From the NCBI GenBank assembly GCA_965649765.1, contig OZ287751.1, forward strand, positions 20,026,001 through 20,090,000: a DNA stretch of 64,000 nt, in the 5' to 3' direction. The notes below the pieces were generated by a model. It did not search any database. It was given only the letters and a program-made list of their open reading frames with translations, and was not told the origin of the DNA. This DNA is from Bispira polyomma. Taxonomy: Eukaryota. A program made the position numbers and the translations under genes. Of the stretch, positions 24,169-37,611 are shown piece by piece. Numbering within the stretch: the first letter of the stretch is position 1; every line of letters starts with the position of its first letter.

Positions 24169-24755
24169 TATAAGAAGTTTTGTGAATACCAGCCCACAAG
24201 ATGCTTCCCAAATTGTGCTTATTTAAAACCTACTTATTTACCAAGGCTGATTATATCTACCCTGGTTATTTTGTAATGCCAATGTCACTGAGGTTTTGAT
24301 CCTTTTTTGAGCCATATGAAAACGGAGTTGGCATTGGAATCTTGCACCTTAAAATCCACTAATTTGGAGATAAACTGTTTGAAAATCTGATTGGATTAGA
24401 TATATGTTGACAAGGTTAAGTTTGTATGTTTAAAAGAACTAGGTTGAGTTTGTAGTCATCTGGATATTGATGACCAAAGCCTCAACCCTACTTTAGGGTA
24501 AGGCTTCTAAAATTCACCACTGTATCTGAAATTCGCCACCCAGAAATTGGTCTATTTTTGGTGAAATTGTAGGTAATATTTGCTAAAATTGAGATTTTTG
24601 AGACAGTTTGGCCTTACTTACCTTAATTCATTTTTTTCCTGCCTAGTTTTTAGTGATTTGCTTTAATTTTTAGGGGTGATAAATTTCTGATAAAGTGGAA
24701 AATTTAGATTCAGTTTCAAGTCCATTTCAGATAACACATTAATATGGTTTCAATT

Positions 24756-27700
24756 AGACCGAATAATCTGTCCCTATTTAGCGAGATTTTTTGCTGATAT
24801 TTTGACGGCTGAATCATGAAAAGGGACAGCCTCCATAAGCTAAACGTTGTAAATTTAACCTGACGTAACATGGCCGACAGTGTTATTCCAATGATTTTGG
24901 TTTAGTTTTTATTTTATATTAATTGATATGTACTATGTTGGCATGAAGTAACAGAAAATCGTCTACTTTATTGCATGATTATGCCAATGCTTATTGGCAT
25001 AATCATGCTTTCCTGGAGAAAGGAAATAGTCTAAAAGCCCTTGCTTAAGCATGGTTACAACGTGTCAACAAGGTAATCTCTGAATCTGTTAGGAGTTATG
25101 CTCTTAAATTTGGTGTATATACACTTTTTGGTCTCTAGTTGGTCCAAAATTAATTTGGTGTGATTATATGCAGTATAGTAGAATTTATTTCAGTTTTAAA
25201 TATTGGGATCCTCAGTTTTGATTAAAGGTTCCATTACAGCCCATTTCAAATGGTTTCAAAAGGAATAAAAACTATACATGACAAACATTAGGTTTGGGAA
25301 GATATATAACATATATATACATACTTTGGTTAATGGATGGTTGTGGCTGTAAGGAATATAAAATTTGCCACCATCTGAAATTCGCAACCTAGAAAATGTT
25401 GTGTTTTGGGTAGAATTGTGGTAAATATTTGCTTAAATTAATATTTTTATGAATAGTTTGCCTTCCTTACCATTGCTCGCCAGTTTTTATTTATTTGGCT
25501 TAAATTTTAGGGGTGGCCAATTTTAGATACAGGAGCAAATTTTAGATTTCTTACTGCATCAAGCTGAGAAAAAAATATATGGTGAACCCAATATATTATA
25601 TACAGATTAACTGGAATATTTTAAAGGATAAAAATTACAGAAGCTATATGTGTCACAATAGGAATAAACCATGTGGGTTGAGAAATGGATGGTTTTTGAT
25701 GGCAGGAAATATATTTTTTTTGTTTGGTAACAATTATAATTGAACTAAGTGTACCAGTGTGGCGCTAAAAAATGTGTGTGGGGATACAAAATATGGCCAG
25801 CGGGGCTTGCCAAATTTTTTTATCCCCTTGCAAAATAATGTATCCCCTGGAAACAAATAAATTTATTCTCTGACTATTTATATATACAGTAAAACCTCTA
25901 TTATCCGACCCTCTATTATCCGAATATTCGATTTTACGGCCGAAATATGATACTCCCAACATTTCAGTCAATTACTGGACCCCCTGCACTTTTAAAATAG
26001 AACACACTTGCAGCACATAGCTGATCCCATGGGGTAATGTGAAAGGCTTACTAAATAAAGCCACTGAAAACATGACCCACCACACACTAAAAAGAATAAA
26101 AGGTTCTTTTAATTGTACTTATCTAGTGTTTTTGAAGTAACCCTCTCTCCTCCCAGTCTGTTTATGATCAAAAGTGACAGCCGGTGAAAGTTAAACACAG
26201 TGTGTGCTGTTTATATGTGGAGGATCAATTACAAGACCGACAAGTTGGGATTGCAATTCACCTCAACATATCTAGCCTTGAAATCGGCTTTGTGCAAGAC
26301 TATGAAATGGAAACTCTTTCTAAATATGCTCAGGTTTATGAAGTAAGATTATCTTTAGTTTTACAATAAAAGGATTTCTTTGAGATGTAACTGTACTTCA
26401 AGGCCTTTAAAGTTGCATATTATTTGTTTAAGTGTTAATCGTGTCCATTGAATTTGTGTATAAATACAGCCACATTATGAACAATTTTTATTACACGAGA
26501 TTAAGTTTCACTCTGTGTACATTCTGTATTTAAGAATCATGTCTGTTCAAAAAGGTGTAGAACGTAAGAGAACTGCACTAAGTCTTGAGACAAAGCTAGA
26601 GATAGTGAAAAAATTAAACTAGGAAGGACAAATGTAAGTTTGGCTGAGGAGTACAGTATAGGAAAGACTACTGTCAGTGATTTAAAAAGAGACCAGGATA
26701 AATTAATACAATTTATAAATACAGGAGTTGCTGAGACTTTCTTGGCAAAAAAATGAGGCCCAGCCAGAGATCAACATGATGCACATGTCTGTACTCAGAT
26801 TGTTAAGACAACAAACTTTAAATGAAAAAAATACCACATGTAGAATCCAAAAAGAAATACGGCTCTTTTTAGTAATTTAAGACTATAATTTAAAGGGCAA
26901 ATTTTTTGTTGACAAATAAAATGTCAGTTAGAATTAGGAACACTGGTAAATGTTTACATGTGTATAAGTTTATTTTTGGGTTTATAATCTGAGTTTGTGT
27001 TCATCTTAACTTTATCCTTTTTTAAGGTAATGTTTTCTGTGTATTTCATTTAGTCCGTCTCTAAATTGTTTAATCTTCATGTACAGATATCACCAACTGA
27101 GCGATAATGTAAATAAATACATCTCCCGATAGGTGTTATTGATGATTTGACCCTCCACTTGCATCTCTTCTGTTATCCGACACTTCTATTATCAGACCAT
27201 ATTGTAACTCTCCCTTGAAGGTCGGATAATAGAGGTTTTACTGTATGTATAGTAATTATATTTATAAGTTTAAACCTGGTAAGGCATTTTAGCTGAGTGC
27301 TATTTTATTTACCTTTTGTGATTTAGATTATTAAAGGATTAAAATAAGTGTGACTAAAATAATTAATCTATATATACCTTTTGTGATTTGTAAAATGTTT
27401 GTGCATAGAACAGCGACAGTTTAGTAAAAACAAAATCTGTAATTGGATTAAACATGGGCTTTGATTAGCAAGGAATTAATTTTACTGATAGATTTGTTTG
27501 GGGTGCTTCTGTACTGATGACTAGTACTTACTTTTGTTTATAGGGATAGTAACTAGTGGTTCACTACCTCCTGACTAATTTTGGACGTTTTGCAAGCTAT
27601 AACAGCCAAAAATGAAAAAAAAATGGTTTGGTCATTTCTAGAGCTGTCAAAAAACCCGATAATTTTTTAGGTAAACAAACCAACTTTTGTGAGCTACCAA

Positions 27701-28149
27701 AATATATAAAAAATTGTTTTTATCAGGTTTTAAAGCAAACTTATGTGAAAAATAAATTATGAAAACATTTTTTAAGGCGATTCGGTTGTTTTTACGTATG
27801 TTTCAGATTTTGCTTTGAATTTTGCCTTTGGTTTACCTAACTGGGTACCCACAGTAGATGGTTCTCGAAATCGATTTCGACTGCTGGCTAGTGATTGGTT
27901 CCCTATTTCCAGACTCGTCGGCAGCTTGCTTTGTAGTGGCATTATCATGATATGGCCACCAGGCCATTCTCCTCTTGTCATATATAAGGATTGAGGGGAT
28001 GTATTTATTTTTACCAGATTTTATCTCTTTTGATGCCGATTTTGATTAACAACGTTTTCCTTATGCAAGCCGTTCTGTCCCTTTTCATGATTCAGCTGTC
28101 AAAATATCAGCAAGGAATCTCGCTAAATAGGGACAGATTATTCGGTCTA
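24756..28149. mobile_element. Putative non-autonomous DNA transposon with ~95-bp TIRs, carrying nested insertions
   Basis: TAGACCGAATAATCTGTCCCTATTTAGCGAGATT... at 24756 and its reverse complement ending ...GGGACAGATTATTCGGTCTA at 28149. Confidence 0.6.
25887..27243 (+). mobile_element. Internally deleted Tigger/pogo transposon with a remnant of the transposase N-terminal HTH (CENP-B/psq type)
   Basis: Perfect 23-bp TIR CAGTAAAACCTCTATTATCCGAC and TA TSDs. From ATG 26539: MSVQKGVERKRTALSLETKLEIVKKL/frameshift/LGRTNVSLAEEYSIGKTTVSDLKRDQDKL. Confidence 0.9.
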
Positions 28150-28957
28150 GGTTTCAATATGAAATACTTTTTAATATTTTGGATACCAATCAATATTTGC
28201 ATAAGATAAAAGTAGTTGATGCTAACCTTTACAATTTTTGTAAGCAACATCCAGATTCTATTTACCACCTTTTTACTCAGTGCACTTATGTTGACAAATT
28301 GTGGCAAAATATATTATATTGGATCTCGAATAAGTTGGAAATTTTAGTCGAATAAAATTTTAGGGTATGAAGAAATGGATGTAAATTACTGGCCACTGAA
28401 CCTTTTGCTACCAGTATCAAGGTATTACATATTTTGATCCTCAAAGACACGACTGAAGAAGTACTTTCAATTAAACATATATTTCTTTCAGAAAAATTTA
28501 AAAATATATTTTTAGAACAAAAGCTTTTGTCGAAAGTAAATCAAACTGAACAAAAATTTAACAAGAAATAGGAAGTATTGGAAAACTTCATAGTGTAAAA
28601 TGTTTTGTTGTTGTTACACCTCTGCATAAGATGACCAATGAGAAAGTAAGCATTATAAAAAGAAAATATATTAAAAATATTTTTTTTTGTGATTTGGTAA
28701 CCAGCATTGTGGTATGAGCTTTTTTTTGTACAAAATTGATTGCATTTATTAAGATGTGCCTACTGTATATTTGTACTATTTTTTATACAAAAAAAGAAAT
28801 AAAAATAAAAAATAAAATAAAAATTTAGATTGCTTACTCTAGTAATGATGGGTCAGATTGTCAACACAGTATTTAGGATGGATGTGATATACAACATTTG
28901 TATTTGAAAATGTCATACTCCATTTAGTAATGTGTGAAAGTGTATAGGTTTATAAAT

Positions 28958-29365
28958 AAGTTTATAGTCTGATATCATCTCTATTGAGGTCTCAGTCAAG
29001 TTTACAGCTTACACCCCCAGCCTAGGTTCTACCATTTGTCGAGCAATTGCTCGGTCTCAGCTCCCTCAGGAAGCATACTACCTGCGCTGCCACATACGGT
29101 GCACAAAGACTAACGCCCATTAGCAGCCCAGTATTGAGACTTCCCCTGATAGTCAGCCCAAATCGGTGCTCTTAATTTAATGCAAAAAGGCCCTCTGAGT
29201 GAATGTTGATATACAATGTACAATGTACTACCTTTATGCCTGTTTATAGTAGGGAATATTTTAGTATCTTTCTTTGGGAAAGTCTTTACACTGGGCCATA
29301 TACCCCATTGATACACCTGGGTAGAGAGTGACAACTTTGTCTAAAGTACCTTGTCCAAGGAAGTA
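28958..29365 (-). mobile_element. SINE family 3 (CORE-like centre, L2-like tail); copies at ~32895-33225 (-) and ~54618-54946 (+)
   Basis: Shared CAAGGTACTT....AAAGTTGTC.CTCTCT..ACCCAGGTGTAT and tail ...GATATCAGACTATAAAC. The 54618 copy has a tRNA-like head (GTGGCGTAGTGGTTAGAGTGTCTGAC). Confidence 0.75.
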
Positions 29366-30484
29366 TATAGCTGGAGTACCAAGTTTAAGCATTTAAAAAA
29401 AAATAGTCCTTCCACATTTTTTGCAGTGTACATTTGTCCAAGTCTATGAAATTTTTGTCTTGGCTAGTATCCTTCCTTGCGGCTCAGGTTTGTCAAAAAG
29501 TCTCGCTTGATTTGGGACAAACTCAATTTACCATAATGTGCTCATACATCGACATAATCCTGGGGATATATATTAGTACATTATGCAAAATTACATGTAT
29601 ATGTTACAGGCCAAATTAAATTCCAGGCGGATTTTTACCTACTGTTAATTGGCTGCAGTTGTCATTAATTGCTTTAGCAATTGTCTTTGTCTCAGTACTT
29701 CCCCCGATTTCTTCACTGCCCTCTTAGAATGCAAGGTAAAGTTCTCTTAGACAGACTTGGAAAATTTTGATTTAACCTAGATTTTAATTTGGCTTGTGAC
29801 ATATACTATTTTAAATTTTAGTTACAACTGAAATAAGACTTAAGCAACAAGGCGGCGGGAAAAGCTATATAATTATGTCTTTACATACACGGATAAGGAC
29901 ATACAAGCAAGTCTAGCTGCAGGGGGTAACAGCACTTGTCAGGCACTTGATGTGGACATCACATTGAGGATACTGAATGAGGACACTTTATATGTATCTA
30001 ATAAAGAATCCATTATTGAACTATTTTCTGAAAAGACTAAATTAGCAGCTGTACAACAAGAGTTGTTTAAACATATTTTATTTACAAAAAGGTAACAATA
30101 TGCAAAAATACAATTACTGTGGTATACATAGGTTTCTTGCAATGAGATATTTACAAAATGAAGATGATGAATGAAAAACAATATGAAGAGGACAATAATG
30201 GTAGAATGCTGCTGTGTGGTCAAAAACAGTCTTTTAAAAATGCTTTTGATTTGTCTAAAAAGTGTGGACTACTTCAAATATTTCAATGTTTGTATCATAT
30301 GACATGAGATAAACACACAAAAAAGGGTTAAGAATGAAACTTCCAAACTTTATTTTTTGACACATATGAATATCTTTCAGCTAATCTTTTTAGATAAACT
30401 GCATGGATACAGATTTTCCTAAGCAAAATATCACTTTTCAATGTAATTTACACAGAGAGTGTCGTACATGGTAACTTTAAATTA

Positions 30485-30827
30485 CCGTAATCATCCACGG
30501 AAGCGCCCATTCTTGCATTATCGCCTACCCCCAAAATGTGCCAAAAAGCTCCTAAACACTCAATTTTACACACAAAAACACACGTCAGAAGTGATATACA
30601 GTATATATTAAATATCTACTGAAAAGTACTTTCGTTGTGTAATAAATCCATTTTATTTTATTTTGTCCAGTGTTTATGACGTAAACAAAGACTGGCGAAT
30701 ACGTAGTTTTGGGTGTGACGCAGTTTATTCACCCTGTTTGCTGGCGCGCCCAAGTAATTGCCCACCCACAGTTTTTTTCTCCAATTTCGACGTATCGCCC
30801 AGTGGGCGCTTCTACGGATGATTTCGG
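30485..30827. mobile_element. Tc1/mariner-type MITE
   Basis: TIR CCGTAATCATCCACGGAAGCGCCCA / TGGGCGCTTCTACGGATGATTTCGG with TA TSD. Confidence 0.8.
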
Positions 30828-31223
30828 TATATTTAATCAGTAATTGTATTGGATATATAATAGCGTGAAATCTAAATTAGTCTTTTTTTAGTGGTGATAA
30901 TAAGATAATAAGTGACATATGTTTGTTATTTAGACCAATGTAGATCTGTAACTTTGTGTCTATTTATAATTTATTACACAACACAGTACATGTATGTCAT
31001 GATATGTCTAGATAACATTAAATGATGAGATACCACAAACAATTAAGAATGACTTTTACCTAGCCTTGCTTTGTGAAGTTTTAGAATAGGAATAATGTAT
31101 ATGTACACATAAAAAACATAATATGCTCTAATATTCATAGTTTTTATTCACAGCAACTACACATATTGCCAATGACTTTCTCTCTGGCTTGGCAAGGTTT
31201 TCCAATTCTTACAGGACTATGTT

Positions 31224-32134
31224 AAGGCCTTTATAGACTGTCGACTTCACGATACGATAGAGGACGACATGGCACACCATGACAGTAATTATATCACCAG
31301 GTGACCTATTTTCGTGGGTGTCCTATTTTCATGGATAAGTGTTTCTATTACTGATCAGCTAGTGATCTGTGTCAAAGTGGAGTGTGTGTGTGTAAAATGT
31401 GCTAATAAAACAGTAATGTTTGCATTTTAACAATTGAAAATTGTTCTTGTATCAGTGTATTAATGTAAAATGAAATTAAGTGAATACCTGTGACTAAAAC
31501 CAGTTTATTTTTGTGCATGTTAAATATGGTCTATTATTAATCATGTTAAATAGTTTACTTTTGATGGTGTTTTTATTTTCAAATTGTTAGCTCTTGAACT
31601 TGGTTTCAATTAAAAATATCAGCCGTGGTAAGGTACTTATTAAATTAATATTCACGGGTCTTTCTGTAAATGCCTATAAAAATAGGACCCCCCCCTGTTT
31701 GAGGCTGTTTAAAAATGTAATTTATTGGAGCTAAATTTAAAAAGTAAAAAGTACTGAGATTCTTAAATTTTTTGCTCTGATTATGTACCAATAAATTAGA
31801 CAGATCATAAAAAAATAATGGAAAGTCTTTGAGGAATTTTTGTGCAGCAAAGTTCTAGTTTGGGTCATGTTTTAGCAGCTTCTCTTATGCCCATGAAAAT
31901 AGATCACTCGAGTATATATATTAAACATGACACAACATAATCAATCTAAAATATAATTGACATTTTTTCTCGGTAGCCATTTCTGCCAAAACAATATACA
32001 AACACACAATAACATAACGTTTTTTGAGAGATTTCTCAAATTGCTGTGTCGGGTAGTGTCGGGAACAGTCTAAAAAATCTTCATAAATTTCTAATTTTTT
32101 GTCGTGTTGTGTAGTTGGCGTCTATAGATGCCTT
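31224..32134. mobile_element. Harbinger-like MITE interrupted by a nested MITE (~31292-31915)
   Basis: Outer ends AGGCCTTTATAGAC / GTCTATAGATGCCT; inner ends GGTGACCTATTTTCGTGGG / CCCATGAAAATAGATCAC. Confidence 0.6.
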
Positions 32135-33644
32135 TATACTAATCAAAAGTGTACTCATTTTTTATATTTTTGTGAATTTAGTCTACGTTTCTCGGCAATA
32201 GGCGATTTCAATTAGGCGACAGCCAACGGCAATCGACAATTTTTGTGATTTCCCTACCAAGGAGTAAAAAAAATGGCCATGCATTGCCCACCGCCTATCG
32301 GCATTGCTCACATGGAAACAAATACTTCTATTAATAACTTCTAAATTCCGATAAAAATGCCCTCGATTGATCGCTTTAGAAAATTGCTTGCATGGAAACA
32401 TCCACTAAGTGAAGCTGTCTGAAAAAGCCTTAAAAAGGCTAACATTGACCACAATTTCCCCCCTCCCCCACATATTAGTTCTTTATCATCCCATACTCAC
32501 TGTAATACTTAATAACAAGTTGTGAGTTAGCTATGTACAACCTTGTGACAATGTGAATGGTATTACAAAACATACTGCACACTGCAGAGCAAGACTGATT
32601 TGTTTTGAGAATACTGTCAACACAATTAAGATAGCGGACTACAGATTGCAGTCTACCAGAACTTGTCTATTGTAAACATACCTCACAGTACCTACCTCAT
32701 TAGCCTTGTGTAAGGCGCTCTCATTTTGGATCGCCATTGCCTGTACTACAAGCATATTGGTTTATTGGTGGGAAATCTAAAGTTGCCGATTATAAACAGT
32801 TATAACACATAAATTATGATGTTGGCTGAGATATATCATACTAGCAGAGGTCAAAAATCATGATTTTTGTCAAGAACATAGTTAGATTTAAATATATGTA
32901 AATGTGTGTAGGTTTATAGTCTGATATCGCCTCTATTAAGGTCTCATCCGACTTTACATTTTACACCTCCAGCCTGGGTTCTTTCACTTGTCAATCAATT
33001 GTTCAGTCTCAGCTCCCTCTGGAAGCATACTGGCCATGCTGCCGAAAATAGGGTACAGACTTTAAGACCCATTAGCAGCCAGGTCCTATTTATACACCTG
33101 GGTAGAGAGGGACAACTTTCTGTGAAGTACCTTGGCCAAAGATACAATCTCCAGGCCTTCAGCAAGGAACCTGGACCCTCAGATCCAAAGTCTGACAGTC
33201 TAACCGCTTGGCCACAGAGACCACATATGAAGTCACACTAAAGAAAGTGACATCAGAATAATCTTTTCTGAAGGCCCAAATTTTAAAAGTACATGTATGT
33301 ATATTTGATGTAGTTCCAAATGCAATGCCAATTTCTGACCAACATCATCTTCAAGGAAGGTTACTATCTGATTTATACATTTGCAGGAAAATATGTTGAT
33401 GAAGTACAACTAATGTAGGGTTTACACTATGAGAGCATGGAGAGGCGGTAAGAGACGTTATGAAAATCGACTTGTAGCATAAAAAACTCTACCTATAAGT
33501 TTCCCTTTACATCAGCTTCCTTTATGAACCATCTACAGTTGGCTGTGCAAGGCACAAGTTTTGGGCATTGTTAAAAATTCCACTTGACCAAGGCGGAAAA
33601 ACATGGAAGAATTATTCCGCCCGATTCAGACTATTTCCGAATCA

Positions 33645-34167
33645 CTACTGCAACTCTTCTGTCCCAGTAATCATATGTTTCCTATTATTTCCGAGTAATC
33701 CGTATCACACTATTTTAACTCTCCCATCCCAGTGATTGCCTATTATCGTTATCGTTAAATCGTTTCCTATTATTTCTGAGTAATCTGTATCACACTACTT
33801 CAACTCTCCCATCCCAGTGATTGCCTATTATCATTATCGTTAGATCATTTCCTAGTATTTCCGAGTAATCCGTATCACACTACTGAACTCTCCCATCTCA
33901 GTGATTGCCTATTATCGTTGTTGTTAGATCGTTATCTAGTATTTCTGAGAAATCCGTATCACACTACTGTAACTCTTATATCATAGTAATTGCCTATTAT
34001 TGTTATCGTTATCGTTAGATCGTTTCCTATTATTTCCGAGTAATCCATATCACACTTCTGTAACTCTCCCATCCCTGTGATTGCCTATTATCGTTATCGT
34101 TAAATCGTTTCCTATTATTTCCAATTATCCGTATCACATTATTGTAACTCTCCCATCCCAGTGATTG
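33645..34167 (+). repeat. ~85-bp tandem repeat (~6 units) inside a probable DNA-transposon remnant
   Basis: Units start at 33681, 33766, 33851, 33935, 34026 and 34111 (CCTATTATTTCCGAGTAATCCGTATCACACT...). Confidence 0.92.
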
Positions 34168-37099
34168 TTTGCATCTGTAATACTGATCTGGACAAGTTCA
34201 CTCCATATATGAGGGTGATGTATTTCCACCTAGATGGAACAGCGGATTTCCCCGGCGGAAAGACAAGTTACCAGGTGCAATACCTTCTAGTACTGCCAAC
34301 CATACTGCCCATGTGTGAACAGGGCATTAATAAAGCACTGAATATCGAAGAAGAATATTATGTTCCTAAGGAAACTATTTTTCTCTGGGCATCAAGAACA
34401 CTATGGAAGAAAACAGCCAATGTGTATATATGTTACACCCAATCCATAAAATTGCCTATTTCGTGAAATGTGCAAGCAAGTTACCTATTTTACCAATTGG
34501 GTGCCACAGCTTTCAGCCAATCAAAATCATGGACACAGCCGTGTTGTGTTACAATAAAAGATAAATATTGTTTAAATGATGCTTTGTTTTCGTTAAAACG
34601 CTATTTTATTGCAATGTTTTGTTTTAGTTAAAAGCTAATTTAGAATTAAAACAGTGTTAAAGCAGTACTGTGTCAGTGAGTATAGATATACACACAGACC
34701 AGCAGTTGAATCACACACTGCATCTGTGAGGATATAAGAGCCCCACTAGGCCCAGCTATATAACCTCTCCACAAGTGTCTAGTCCAGTGCTGGAGGGAGG
34801 TCTTAAGGGTTATTATGGTTGCGCATGTATAACATCTAGCCTTTCAGAAGCTCTCTTTTTGTATTTGTTATACAGCCATACTTCTGACATTTTAATAATT
34901 TCTCACATATTTCTCACATATAGTTCTTTTGTTGAACTGTTAGGCTGGATATATATATACATATATATATATAGTATTATTATTATTCAGTTTAAATACT
35001 GTATAACAAAAACAAAAGTGATCAACTTGGTTTGTCAGATTAATTCTTATTTAAATAAGCATCTGGATACTACTTAAAGATCAAAAATACATGTATTTAT
35101 GGTGCACACATGAATGTATATGTATTATACCTGTGTGTAAAACATTTAATATAAGTGTAATTACTTCTCATTTGTTCGAATAAATGACAGGTTGAAATAT
35201 GTTCAAATACGTTTTGCATTTAAAATTGTTCCTAGTATGAAATTACATAAAAGTTAATTTCTGCCTTTTTCCTGTGTGTGTGAGATAATGTATCAACAAA
35301 GCGATAAGTATTTTTTTAGATATTTTATCACATATAGAGCCCTGGTAAGGCTGAGTCCTACAAAGCATTAAGTCTGTGAGATACAAGTAACAATGGCTGG
35401 TTAAGTATTTAATGATCACCCCCACATTACAGATTACACTGTGTGTGTGTGTATAATGTTAGCCAGGGGAGGAAAAAACAAAAAACAGGTCCATTCATAA
35501 ATACAGCTGCACTTGGACTTAAAACAAGCAGCTGCAAGAATGTTGAATTTCTGGCAGAAAAATACAAAATATTGACCAAACATTATATAAGTTGAACTCT
35601 AGTAATACACAGTTATATTTGTTAAATTAAATGTTGATCTATATTATTTAATGTGTGTATGAAGAAGTTTAATGTATCCGTGTAACTGTGAATTAGTTTT
35701 GATGGCATTTTATTGGATTTTATGTACTATGGATTGATAGGAGATGTGCTGTGGATATTGCTTTATTGGATAAAAGGTGTACATAGTAGGAATAATATCT
35801 TTCACCTGAAAAAGGATATTTTTATCACAAGCTCCTCCCCAGCTACTGGTCAAAATATTCTAAACCTTTGTTCAGGCTCAGATATCTTATCTGCCCAGAT
35901 ATATATATCTCTGTTGTATTTTGAGAATATTGGCTCAATTTTTCATATATTAGAATACTAAGTGAAGAAACGTCAACTTTAACAATCATGTAATTTAGTG
36001 TAATTTCTCTGCTTTAAACACTTTTTTATGTGAGAATCATTTAAAAGATGAGCTTTCAGCAGACTTAAATCATAAATTTCAAACCAGTTGTATTTGGATA
36101 ACAGTAATACAGGATTTTATTGTTTGAAGGGGTTTCTTCACCTTTAGTTTCTGTACCAGAGTGTCACAACACGTTTTAAAATGGACTACTGACTCACATT
36201 TTTTTTTGCAAGTCATTCAGCTTTAGTCCTATTTTTACTAATTCTTTATCAGTTACAGGGGCAGGGATCTTCATGTATTACCTAATTTCAATTTTGTCTT
36301 TATGAAAAATGCAGAACAGAAAGATTTTTTCCTTTGTAGTGCATGTCACTCTTTTAAAGTAGTACTACATGCTCTAATATAATTAATGGGGCTTAAAAAA
36401 AGTTAGATCACATTTGTAACAGTCATTAAGGTTTAGATGCGTCTTCCTGATGTGTCACTTCTTGTTCTTGTGTTAATGTTTTGGTTAATAGAAGAATTGG
36501 GCCTAAGATAGTGTTGTTCTCTGTTTCTACCAGGTTTTTAAAAAAGAAGATAATAATAAATTTTACCAAAAAAGCTTTGCTAAATACTTTGTAGTGATAG
36601 GTTTGTAGTAGTGTTGTAGTTATAACCAAAGGGCTTTATATTTGATGCAAGTTGTGGCCAAAGTTTGAGTTTTAGTACTTAAGGAGTTAGTTTTCTGTAA
36701 GATAACATTGGGGTTGACTTCCATACAAGTACTAGGTCGAATCTCTGCATTCTTGACTAGCCATTTGTTCATGGATATTGGCTTGTAACTGTTAAACCCA
36801 GTAGCTCAGTTCTGTAGTTGGTGAATACAATTTTGTCTTAAAAACATATTTTAAGTAAATCTTTTTATACAGGCAATTTTCTGAGGCGATCAGCCGACGG
36901 CCAACGGCAATTTTATCGGTTTTATTGATTTAGAAGTATCTGTTTCCATGTGAGCAACGTCGATAGACAACAGGCAATACAAGGCAATTTTTTCGCTCCT
37001 GGTAGCGAAAACATAAAAATTGTCGGTTGCTGTCACCTATTGCTGACATAGAAACATAGACTGAGTGATGAGTGAAGAAATTGATTTAAACCTCTATTA

Positions 37100-37611
37100 C
37101 CCGGTTCCTCTCTCAGAAGCGCCCAGGGGCGAAAACGACGAAAATTCAAAGAAGTTGGGGGCGGGCGTTTACGATAATGGCCGTTTACGCGAACTCGTTT
37201 TTCGCTTCAATCCGTATAACACTATAAAATCACATAAAACTCACCTAGTTGATCTGTGAAATAGAAAAATCAACAAATCCATACAATTTTTGTGAAAAAC
37301 GGCCCCATTTTGTTGTTTTTATCTTTAACTGTGTACCAGAAATCACAGATGCTCCCAGGTGAGAAAACGTGATCATTTTTAGTGTACACAGGAAGCGCAA
37401 ATGATGGTTGCTTATATGGCCAAGTTACCTTAAACTGGTATTTTTTACAAAGTTTTGCATATAAAAACATCAATTTTTGATACTTTGTTTATGATATTGG
37501 TTGTTATGTGATACGTTTTTTGCAAAAATAATTGGCCGTTTTCTGTAATATTTGACAAGTTGGGGATAGGTGTTTACTGGAACATGGGCGAGATAGAGAG
37601 CGGAACTGGGG
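37100..37611. mobile_element. Tc1/mariner-type MITE
   Basis: Imperfect TIRs CCCGGTTCCTCTCTC...GCGCCCA / TGGGCG...GAGAGCGGAACTGGGG with TA flanks. Confidence 0.7.

Noticed and set aside
33645-34167. 85-bp array as CRISPR
   Set aside because: Whole units are similar to each other, so there is no repeat-spacer structure.
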